Of a stretch of DNA of 20,000 bases, positions 10,557 to 20,000 are shown piece by piece. The position numbers were made by a program, and so were the translations under genes. Numbering within the stretch: position 1 is the first letter of the stretch; each line of letters begins with the position of its first letter. The stretch spans positions 28,373,212 to 28,393,211 of the forward strand of contig JBOZIK010000001.1 of the NCBI GenBank assembly GCA_051453625.1, given 5' to 3'. The stretch comes from Welwitschia mirabilis (lineage: Eukaryota). Under the pieces are notes generated by a model. It ran no database searches and was not told the DNA's origin. It worked only from the letters and a program-made list of their open reading frames with translations.

Positions 10557-11676
10557 TGTTGCAATGTGTATTTGTGCACACTTTTATATTCAAATAGATT
10601 TTATCATTAATAATTAAAATAGATATTATGTATAATACAACATACTAGTATAATAGGAGTGATCTAAATATCATATCTCGTTGAAGTCTATCCATAAAGA
10701 ACTTAGGTTGCTTTTGCGATTAAATCTTAGAAATAAAGAATAATAAATAATAATGCAATAAATTAATCTACCATGCAAGATGCAACATGCAATTTATTCT
10801 AACATGTAATACAAAATGATCCTAATTCTACTTAACTTTTTAGTCCTAAAAATGAATGCCCTTGATAATTTATAACACCCAAGAAATTCTCACGAGATCT
10901 TAGGTAACATTAGACTATAAGGGTCATAAGAAATCCTACAATGAAAATAATATAAACATATAAAGAAAATCAAGATTTATATTAAAAGAGTAATGTTTGT
11001 CTAAGTTACAAAATAATTGGGTCTCAATAGAAGATACTCAGCCCTCTACCAAGTGCTTGTCTTTCTGTAACTCATAAAGGTAAATCTTCCACCCTTCACT
11101 CTCCTGTAATAAAAATCTTTGATGCATCAAAGATGAAAAGAAGAGTTGAAGGAGTCTTATTTATAGGAAAATACAATAGAAATAAACAAATAGAAGGTAT
11201 AGTTACATGAACTTATTAAGCACTCTGAAAGAGACAAAATGGCTAAGGGAATCTATTAGTGACAATTACATGTTAGTATCAGATGTCATCCAAAAGACCT
11301 AGGGAATGACAAACCATTACAAAATATTATGAAAGTGATGACTCAGTAGTCCACATAAGTAGTCAGGTTTACAATTAATACAGTTAAGGGATAGTGATGT
11401 GAGGTTGTTGTTACATCTTCCAGTCTATCATGTGGATGATGGAGGGGACAATAGTATTTTTTAATGATTTCTTATGGAGAAACTTATTAGTTTTATCATG
11501 AAAAGCTCTGTTCATAGGAAAGTGTCTTTAATGTATCAAATTTGGATAATAACTGCACTTTTTTGCGATTTCCTCTTGTATCTCAAAAATCCTCAGAATT
11601 GCACCTAATCTTGTATAAAAGTCCTACAAAACAACTCATAAAATCCATCAAATAACCATAAATTGATAGCACAACA
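10557..11676 (-). repeat. 5' LTR of the nested element (1120 bp)
   Basis: + strand reads TGTTGCA...GCACAACA; has an extra 50 bp at 11366-11415 relative to the other LTR. Confidence 0.92.
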
Positions 11677-11725
11677 ATAATCAATCTATTAATTATAAAA
11701 ATGATCTAGAAGTTCAGTCACCATC

Positions 11726-11991
11726 CCTTGACTGATTGTAGGAAGGTTGACTGAATCTTGATTCAGTTGACCGGATGTGGAAGATCAACTGGCTTAATAG
11801 CCTGGTCACCCAGACCTCTTCTAGTACTATAGACCCACATCTCAATGGGTCAATCAGAACCTTAAAATAGATTATAATGCAGAGGTTCAGTTGGTGGACT
11901 TGATTTCTTTCTCCATTTTACCCTATCACTTAATCTATAAAAAGATAGAACCCTAACTTGATTTCATTGTACTCTATCTCTCTCTAGCTCT
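11726..11991 (+). promoter_or_regulatory. Putative internal promoter of the Sirevirus env-like ORF
   Basis: GGTCGACC-like copies at 11745, 11765, 11783, 11804 and 11848; TATAAAAA at 11936-11943; AACCCTAA at 11949-11956; CT-rich patch at 11972-11991; ATG at 12039. Confidence 0.6.
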
Positions 11992-12038
11992 TCAGATCTA
12001 GTGATTTTCTTAGTCCTTTTGCTTGTAAGAGTCTCAGA

Positions 12039-13033
12039 ATGGTTGAAAGCTCATCCACAAGAAGAGCAAAGGAGGCTCCTTCAAGGGAACTAGCTTTCTT
12101 CTACTAAGGAATGTCAGAGGAGGATGTTGAAAAGTTCACTGAGAAGTTTGAGAAGAAGGCTGTGTGTCAAGAGTGATTTATAGCCACCTCAGAGCTAAGG
12201 GAACTCAAGGAAGTAATCCAACTCCTAAGAGATCAAGATCTTGATCATTTCTTGGATGTTTTTGGTTTAGCTTATCCATTTCTTGCTAGAATGTTTTATT
12301 GTAATACCTGTTTTGATTGTGATACCAAAACCCTTAAAACCTTTATTTTGGGGAAGTAGATAAGAGTGATAGAAAATCTTATCTCAATGCTGAATAGTCT
12401 TCTAAGGGGAGACTATGAGGCATTTTGGCCTCTTAGGGATACCATGCAAGACAAGCTTGTGGTTACCAGGGAGTTTTGTGGTAGGTTTCATACTTGGAAG
12501 CATAATTTATCTACTTCTTTATTGACTCCCAAATACTGTTTTCTATATTTGGTTTTCACCTATAACTTTTTACCTTTAGCTAGCCATTGGGATGAGGCCT
12601 TCTACTATCCATCTTATTTAATGTATTTGGTAGGAACTAAGCATTCCATTAATGCTCCTGTTACAATACTAAAGAATATGGCCTTACAGCTGGGATACCA
12701 TAGAACTAGGGCTTTATCCTACTCCATCCTAAGTTGGAAACCCTTCAACTTATATCATCCATTGGACGTGAGACCTTGTCTCACATGCATATCTTTATCC
12801 CCTCTAAGAAATCTTCTTCTACTACTCTTAAGAAAGCTTCTCTTAATGAGACTTTCTCATATCTGAGATGTATTAACTTCCATATCAAACACATGAAAGA
12901 AGCCCTCATCGCAGCTGGATATGATAGCAAATACCTCAGTAAAGGCTACTAGCTCAGCTCACACAAGAGGTGATGAGGAAGAATCAGAGGAAGACTCTAA
13001 AGAGAAAGAATAAGAAAAATAAGAGGAGCCTAA
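12039..13033 (+). pseudogene. Sirevirus env-like accessory ORF, with stops and frameshift
   Basis: MVESSSTRRAKE...LDHFLDVFGLAYPFLARMFYCN...LKTFILGK*IRV, in frame with ORF 12366-12866. YPxLxRxFYxN is typical of Sirevirus/Athila env-like proteins. Acidic C-terminal tail; lies between the pol position and the multi-PPT region. Confidence 0.8.
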
Positions 13034-13082
13034 TTGAAATCTATTTTACTTTAAATTATGTCTTGTATTCTCTCCTTTACCA

Positions 13083-13627
13083 TTGATGTCAAAATGGGAA
13101 CAATTAGTTGTGTTTGTTTTTTTTTCATAAGTTTAGTTGTGTGATCTTGATGAGCACTTTTACTTTGTAATCCTTACATGTTAGATTTGTAATGTTTTTA
13201 TTCATATTTAATGTAACATAACTATTTACTTTAGCACAAACATTTTGTGTACTATTATGCTTATATGTGTTAAATGTGCTTTTCTATGATTTCATTTTCA
13301 AAGATTAAAATTGTTCTAACATTTGGAAATGAACCAAAATGATTATGGCATCTAATTTAATAAGTGTTCATAATGACAATTATGTCTATTATAAAGTTAT
13401 CCTTTTTAAATCCTCAATTATGTATATTAAATTGGTTGCATTTAAAGGATAAAATTTTATTGTTCAAAATGCCTTAATTGTTTCAAATTGGAATGTTATT
13501 TTAAAACTAAGCATGTTGAAAGGGGGAGTTATTCTATCAGTTCTAATTTTGTTACAACTAAGTATTGTTTGCCATCAATGTCAAAGAAGGATATTGTTGG
13601 CTTATGTTTTGCTAATTGATGTCAAAC
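13083..13627 (+). promoter_or_regulatory. Sirevirus multiple-PPT region with inverted-repeat arms around the terminal PPT
   Basis: TTGATGTCAAAATGGGAA (13083-13100), AAAGGGGGAG (13519-13528), terminal AAAGAAGGATAT (13583-13594); arms GTTTGCCATCAAT (13567-13579) and ATTGATGTCAAAC (13615-13627), 12/13 complementary. Confidence 0.8.
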
Positions 13628-14193
13628 TAATATCTTTTGTACAATAAATTTTGTGTATTTTATACAAAATAGTTTAAGGTTTTTGCAAGTTGAAAGATGA
13701 AACTAAAATATGCACCAGAAATGTATTTATTCATTCATCCTCCAGAAGAGTCGACTGGATCCTTAAGAAGTCGACCACACCTGAAGCTATCAAAGAAAAA
13801 TGGATTGTATCTAAAGGGATCGACTAGATTTTGATGGGATTGATCTAATCTATAACTTAGAGAATCAGTGTCCCTAAACTGAATAACAAGGGATTAACTG
13901 AACTTTCATGGGGTCAACCAGATTTAAGGACCTAACAGATAGTGTTCATAGACTAAGAGATAAGGGATCGATCAGACCTAGGATGGGGTCAACTAGACTG
14001 GGGTTAATTGAACATGAAGACATAAAAATCTAGGGCAATCAAAACTCTCTCTTATAGGACCTCTGTAACTCACAGCACCACATGAAGTTGACCAGATTTT
14101 TGTGGAGTCGATTGGATAGAGTAGAAAATAAATTTTTTTAAACATTTTTTATCCATTATCTAGCCATTAGATAGCTATTTTATATCCATTTAT

Positions 14194-14293
14194 NNNNNNN
14201 NNNNNNNNNNNNNNNNNNNNNNNNNNNNNNNNNNNNNNNNNNNNNNNNNNNNNNNNNNNNNNNNNNNNNNNNNNNNNNNNNNNNNNNNNNNNN
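14194..14293. other. 100-N assembly gap with duplicated flanks (14142-14193 ~ 14294-14345)
   Basis: 52-bp near-identical sequence (1 mismatch) on both sides; single-copy in the 5' LTR. Confidence 0.88.
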
Positions 14294-14686
14294 ACATTTT
14301 TTATCCATTATCTAGCCATTAGATAGCTATTTTATAGCCATTTATAACCATTGGAGACACAATTCAAATGTATTAAACCTTAATAGCCTTCCATTATAAA
14401 TAGCTAAATCATAGATGATTAATCAATCTTCTGGAACCATTTTTATTCAAATAAATCTTTTAGATCTAAAAGATCAAGCTGTGTATTTGTATTACTATCG
14501 TTGTTGTATCTTGGCATCTACATTTCTGATTGGAAAAGATATACCATCAGTATACTTACTTCATTCAAACTCAAATCTAGAGCTTTATTAGTTATACTTC
14601 TATAGGAGGAGAGCTCCATCTATTGTACTGACTTCAAAACTACTGATATCTGTTCTTTTGAGACATTACTACATCAATACTTAGTT

Positions 14687-14788
14687 TGCTAAAGGTTGAG
14701 ACTAAGCCTTGAAAAGTCCATACTAAAGGTTGATACTAAGCCTTAAAAAGTCTATTCTAAAGGTTGATACTTATTCTAGAAAAATCCA
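14687..14788 (+). repeat. 34-bp tandem repeat x3 in the 3' LTR
   Basis: Units start at 14687, 14721 and 14755. Confidence 0.9.
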
Positions 14789-15101
14789 TTTGTAAAGGTT
14801 ATAGGTAAACATGGAATAACTAGTGGAGTAACAGAGATTCAAGATCTAGCTTGGAAGAAGCTGATTATTGAGAGTGGAGTAGGGGGTTTCCCAAACTACT
14901 ATAAGTCCAACTTGCATCAAATTGGTAGTTTGTGCTTTCAGTTTTTGATTCTTTACTTTTAGTATTTTATCATATTATGCACTTCCTAAAATAATTTATT
15001 TATGTATGCAAGTTGTGTTTTAAATTGTTTTCTTTCAGATTAGTTGTTGAGTTTTTGAAAGGACCTATTCACCACCCCCTCTAGGGTTCTCGATGCTATC
15101 A

Positions 15102-15106
15102 TACTT
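15102..15106 (+). repeat. Right target-site duplication TACTT
   Basis: Follows the terminal CA at 15101 and matches 1373-1377. Confidence 0.93.
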
Positions 15107-15346
15107 TCCATCCAATAATATCTTATAGTTCATGAAACATAAGCTAAAATTATCAAATTAGGATGTTTTAGGCATTATAACATAATCTCATCTACCACAT
15201 AAGTGTTAGTAAATTTAATAGTTATTTNNNNNNNNNNATAGCCAATACATTAACTTTAAAAAATTCACTGAGTATTAAAATGGCTTGATAATGTAGTCTC
15301 ACCTAAGGGTTAAAATTACTATTACTTTATACTAGAAACTGAAGGA

Positions 15347-16520
15347 TGTTGCGATCCCAAATTATCATGTTTTAATAGTGTAATTGCTGATGTTTTGTAG
15401 GGAACAGGAACTCAATTCAATCATTTTCAAGCATTTTATCATGATCTGATCTAATCATATAATTATAACATTAATGTCATATTTTGATCTAGAAAGGGAA
15501 GAATTCAACTAAGGAACAAAGTGGAACAAAAAGTGAAGGAAAAGCCCAACAAAAAAACTGTCATCCCAGGTGTCGTCCCAATGACAAAAGAAATGACATA
15601 AACTCAAAGGAGCCTACCAAAGCTTGTGTGGGAGATATTGACATGGACTATTGATGTGGTTGTCGTGGTTATCTCCACGACATAGTAGACAACATAACCG
15701 TTACTTGCAAATTTGAATAGTAATGGGATTCTGATGTGGTAATCTGTGATTGGCTAATGAAAGGGTGTCATGTTCTATGTCATCCCCATGATGATGGTAA
15801 CACGATAGTACCTTAACTTCTTCCTAACTGAGTTAATTAGGATCTAGTTTGTATTTAATGATGTCTCTTCACCTATACCAATCTACCTGGCCTATAACCA
15901 CCTTAGAAAAGCTATAAAAACCCCCATTTGGCCTCATTTAGTCATTTTTTGGCATTGAACGATTGTGTGAGAAAGGCATCTAAGGAGTCAAGGGTCCAAT
16001 TCAGCAAAGGAGGGATTGTTTTTAGTGTGAAGGTTGTGTTTCTAACATTGAGGAGTCACTACCTTACTGAGGTATTGTAAGACATTCCATGAATTAATAA
16101 AATGTCTTTCTTCTTCTCAAAATTTTATGATTTCTCTTATGATTTGTGTTAAGTTTAGTTAATGCTACTTCTTAGATTAATTCTAAATTAGACATAGGTC
16201 ATAAGGGCTGAGTTGGATGACAACAACTCAGAAAATTAGTTATCATAGGCTTGCATTTCATTTTTCTTTCATAGTTTGCATTGCACATTAGAATATTACA
16301 TTGTCAATTTTCTTTTTGCATGAGAAAAATACAAAATTAATTTAAACATTAGACTAAAATTGAAATTATATTCTTTATCATTCATGTGCTTGATTAGATT
16401 TTTGCCTTACGCTCTCTAGATTATGACATTCATTGGTCAATTCATCTTATATTAAGCCTAATTGCAATTTCCTATTTATAGCATTGATTATTTTTGAAGT
16501 GCAAATTTAGGCCACCAACA
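15347..16520 (+). repeat. Putative 5' LTR of the second Athila-like element (1174 bp)
   Basis: Starts TGTTGCG, ends CCAACA just before the PBS; TATAAAAA at 15913-15920; four-box cassettes at 15559-15807. The partner LTR is outside the window, so the left edge is inferred. Confidence 0.75.
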
Positions 16521-16523
16521 TTT

Positions 16524-16541
16524 TAGCACTGTTGCTAGGGA
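16524..16541 (+). promoter_or_regulatory. Decayed tRNA-Asp primer-binding site
   Basis: TAGCACTGTTGCTAGGGA versus TGGCGCCGTTGCCGGGGA: 13/18 identical, all differences are transitions. Confidence 0.85.
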
Positions 16542-17029
16542 GTATCAGAACAAGCTATCAAGTGCATTCAAATTAAAAGTAAGTGGATTGAATTTTTACT
16601 ATCATTAGTTCTATTTACTTTTGGTTTTTATTTAATACCTATTGGTGCAATCTACTTGCTTTGAGGAGATTACCTAAAGAGATCTACTTGCCCTTTGATC
16701 AAAGGCAAGATTATCTCTAAGGTCTACCTCTATCCAAGCAAGATTATTCACCTTTAGAGGGTAAGACATTATTTTTACTTGTTGTTTATGTTGTGTGCCC
16801 TTTTTCATTGTAAATTATTTCTCCTTTTCCTATTCTCTTTTTGTGCAATAATTTTCCCTTGCTAGGTCTGCCTTCTTGCACTTTGTGTGATCTGAAAGGA
16901 TTACCACATAGCAAGAAGCCTTCCTGTGTCTTTTTCTTGGGTCCTAAGTAAAAATTCCAAGAAGAAACATCACTCTTAATCATTAGGTATACTCCTTGCA
17001 CTTTAATGTGATCCTGGAGATTACTTACA

Positions 17030-20000
17030 ATGGTATTGAGTTAAAATATTGGAATTTGCAAGTTAAGCAAGGGAATGCCATCAAAATCTGAAGAGAAAAA
17101 GGTACGTTTTCAATGTAAAAAGTAATTTTTAAAAGAGACAATTCAAGAAGGTGTACAAATTTATAATTCAAGGACCAGAGGTGAGCAACTTTTTATTTCT
17201 GAATTTGATCAACCTGATTTACTAGAAGATAGTAATTTACATTCTAAAAGTTTTCCATTTCCTATTAATTCATCTTATAGAAGTTTTAAGTCCCCTCTCG
17301 AATCAAAAACCACCTCTTTTACTATGAGTCTTTCTAGGATTAATTTCAATTTTTCTACAAGTAAAGTTTCAACTTCATGTTCTTTAAATAATAATCATGT
17401 AATTCAGAAACCTACAACTCCCATAATGTCTTCAATTTCTAGTGGTTCCCAACCAACTCTCAAGGATAAATATCGACCAAATATTAGAGAAACTCATAAG
17501 TCTTTTGACCTTCCTATTGGGGATGACATAGAAATTAAAAATCTTAATTCCTACCCCTGTTTTTGTGGAGAAATTCATGAACACATTGCTGCTATTGAAC
17601 AATTGATGCTCACATGTAATAAAAAGAAACCTATAACTGATAGGAATTACATGATAGTGTTCCCTTACACATTGAGTGAAAAATTGAAAAACTGGCTTAA
17701 AACATTACCCCACAAAAGTCTTAAAACTTGGAAGGCTACCAAAGAAAGCTTTATCAAATGATTCCTGAGTGAAAACACTTTGAGACAAAGACACCATGAG
17801 GTAACAAATTTTCAACTGAACAATAATGAGAAATATGCTTTATCTTGGGAAATATTTCTAATTTTAGTTTTAGCCAATCTCATAGATGAATTTTAACAAG
17901 AAGAGTTAATTTATCATTTTTATAGTTAATTTACCATTTCTATAATGGTCTTATAAGTGCAATCAAAAAATGGTAGATCTTTCTTCTGGAGGTAACTTAT
18001 TTCAACACATAACTAAAGAACATGGCAATATTTGCAAGACTTAGTTAAACTTAGCCAAGCATGGCCTAAGCCTAGAGAAAAGAAAACCCTTGAATAATTT
18101 TTAAGGGAAATTCATCATGTTAAATATTGAGACAGAAAACAAAAACAACACATATATGAAGAAGAAGACAGTAGTGATAGTGATAGACATTAGTAAGGAG
18201 AATAATTAAAGTAATCCAAGAGGTAAAATTAGCAAAATATCATACAATACCAACTCCTACTTGTGAATTATATGAAGAAAATCATGTAGTCACTGAATGC
18301 CCATTTTGGCCAACTATAAAGGAGGTAGTGAGGAAAGAAGTTTGCTATGCCAATCAATCAGACTCAAATTACTACAAAGGACCTTATCATAATGAGAAAA
18401 AGCCTTACCATCAACCAGGTCCTTCCTTCAAACCTGAATATAAACCCTCCTTCAGACAACCATACAACCCAACATATGAAAGATACAACCAATACAAGGA
18501 GGACCCCATTAAGGAATCTATAACAGAGATAAGAAGCATCCATGAGCAAACGCACAAGAGTATTGACCAAACCCAAAAAAGTATATAATATTTGGCTAGA
18601 ATTATGAAATAAATTATGTTAGCGAACCAGAGACCATAAGGCACTTTAGCTTCTAATACATTGCCTAGCCCCAATGATGTGAAGAAAGATTAGAAGGTAG
18701 TTACTTGACAAGGTACTACTACTTCACTTGAAGAACCATCTACAAGTAAGAACATTAAAGAAAAGAAGGATGAAGATGTAGAAATCCTTAATGAAACACA
18801 CTTTCCTTCAACTTCCACTTCAACAAACAAGAATGAAATAACAAACAAAGAAGAAAACTTCTTACTCCTTGGTTAGATAGACTCAATTCTAATCTAACTT
18901 ATGATGAGTATATCAAAAAAATTATAAAAGATATTAATGTCACACTACCCTTTTGGCACATACTTCAAAACAACCTTAATATGCCAAAGTATGGATGGAC
19001 CTTTATAGGAGGAAGCAAAAACATATATTACCAAGTAGAGTGTTTTTAACCCAATCTATGACCAACTTGGTGATGCAAAAATGCTCAAAATTCGAAGATC
19101 TAGGGATAGCAATCATTAGTATGATCTTAGAAGGTAACAAAAAGGTTAAGAAAGCCTTGATTGACATAGGACCAAGTGTGAACACAATGCCTCTTCATAT
19201 TTGTAAAAAGTTTGGATTGGAAGGTAGAATTAAACCAATAAAAAATATCTTGGAAATGGCTGATTCAACATTAAGAAAGTCACTTGGAATTATCATGGAT
19301 TTGGTTGTCTAAATAGAGGAAGTCTACTACCCCATTAATGTTATAATCATTGAAATTAATCACAATGGTGGATACATCTTGCTTTTATATAGAGCTTGTC
19401 GTGCTGCTACCCACTGCATTATAGACACTAAAGCTAGAACTATGCAACTTCCTGCCAGTAGCAAAATAATTCAAGTTCAAGTCTTTAATGCAGCAGAAAA
19501 GGACATAAGGGATTTAAATGATGAGATAAGTGAAGATGTTAGATCAATAATATTTGTAGCTCATCATTCACTTAAATTAAAGGCCCTCATCCAGGAATAA
19601 CCAACTCTTTTTAATGATATAAAGGAGTTTTCAATAGTTTTAGGTAGTTTTAATTTCATCAACCCTTGTGAACTTGATAGTAATATATAAACTTTAATGG
19701 AAGACACATTTGAGGACATCACCACCCAAGACATTGAGGAAGAAAAAGACATGGAGATAACTTTTGATAAGGATGGTTATGAAACTCCAAATAAACATGA
19801 AGAAATTAACTTTAATATGAATTTAAAGGAGCTTAAAAAGGAATTAAAATACATTTTTATCAACAACAACCCTAAAAAGCCCCTAATCATTAGTAGCCAT
19901 CTTCATCCTAAAGCTGAACAAGTATTAGTATCACTTCTCACATCCAAATCTGAAGCTTTTGCTTGGAGTCACAAGGACCTGTCTCCTATCCCACCACATA
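17030..20000 (+). pseudogene. gag-pol: Athila-type gag-protease-(pre-RT) polyprotein, heavily disrupted
   Basis: Retrotrans_gag-like VFPYTLSEKLKNWLKTLPHKSLKTWKATKESFIK; decayed knuckle CELYEENHVVTEC at 18262-18300; protease KALIDIGPSVNTMP (Asp codon 19163-19165) and LEMADST; pre-RT LKELKKELKYIF...PLIISSHL...AFAWSHKDLSPIPP at the window end. Confidence 0.9.

Larger units (their letters stand above)
5040..11676 (-). mobile_element. Nested non-autonomous Athila-like (Ty3/Gypsy) LTR element
   Basis: Direct repeats 5040-6114 and 10557-11676 with TGTTG...CAACA-type termini; decayed Asp PBS and PPT on the - strand; flanks GTAAC and ATAAT; no PR, RT, RH or INT motifs seen. Confidence 0.88.
1378..15101 (+). 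mobile_element. Ty1/Copia Sirevirus (SIRE/Maximus) LTR retrotransposon, decayed, lacking INT-RT-RH, containing a nested Gypsy element
   Basis: Two homologous LTRs (1378-2903, 13595-15101), both TGTT...TATCA; identical TACTT flanks; iMet PBS; Copia gag and YLDSGCSRH protease; env-like ORF; multiple PPTs; C-rich TATTCACC..CCTCTAG signal near the LTR ends. Confidence 0.95.
13595..15101 (+). repeat. Sirevirus 3' LTR
   Basis: TGTTGGCTTATGTTTTG...GCTATCA; colinear with the 5' LTR; C-rich signal at 15064-15085. Confidence 0.95.
15347..20000 (+). mobile_element. Athila-like Ty3/Gypsy retrotransposon, 5' portion (runs off the window)
   Basis: TGTTG...CAACA segment, Asp PBS, then gag, protease and pre-RT sequence in Gypsy order. 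Confidence 0.9.

Noticed and set aside
14142-14345. 52-bp direct repeat flanking 100 N
   Set aside because: Same type of gap artefact; single-copy in the 5' LTR.
18364-19752. Minus-strand ORFs opposite gag-pol (also 4111-4320 -, 8743-8946 +, 9913-10104 +)
   Set aside because: Antisense shadows of decayed coding sequence with no independent support.

Overview
AT-rich, plant-type heterochromatic window made almost entirely of three decayed LTR retrotransposons; no intact host gene is evident. (1) A Ty1/Copia Sirevirus (SIRE/Maximus lineage), + strand, 1378-15101. It has both LTRs, a perfect TACTT target-site duplication, an iMet PBS, decayed gag and protease, an env-like ORF with its own promoter-like block and multiple PPTs, but no integrase, RT or RNase H. 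(2) Nested inside it on the - strand (5040-11676), a ~6.6 kb non-autonomous Athila-like (Ty3/Gypsy, tRNA-Asp PBS) element carrying one decayed ~2 kb ORF with only faint gag resemblance. (3) The 5' part of a second Athila-like element on the + strand (15347 to window end): LTR, Asp PBS, gag, protease and pre-RT region. The most unusual signal is a fixed-geometry 40-bp four-box palindromic cassette (YGTCGTS-N5-YGTCGTS-N2-GACGACR-N5-GACGACR), repeated in the LTRs and UTRs of element 2 and in the LTR of element 3. The Sirevirus has its own GGTCGACC palindromes in pairs exactly 20 bp apart, in the LTRs and again before env. Two 100-N gaps carry duplicated flanks (assembly artefacts). All alignments and divergence values were done by eye.
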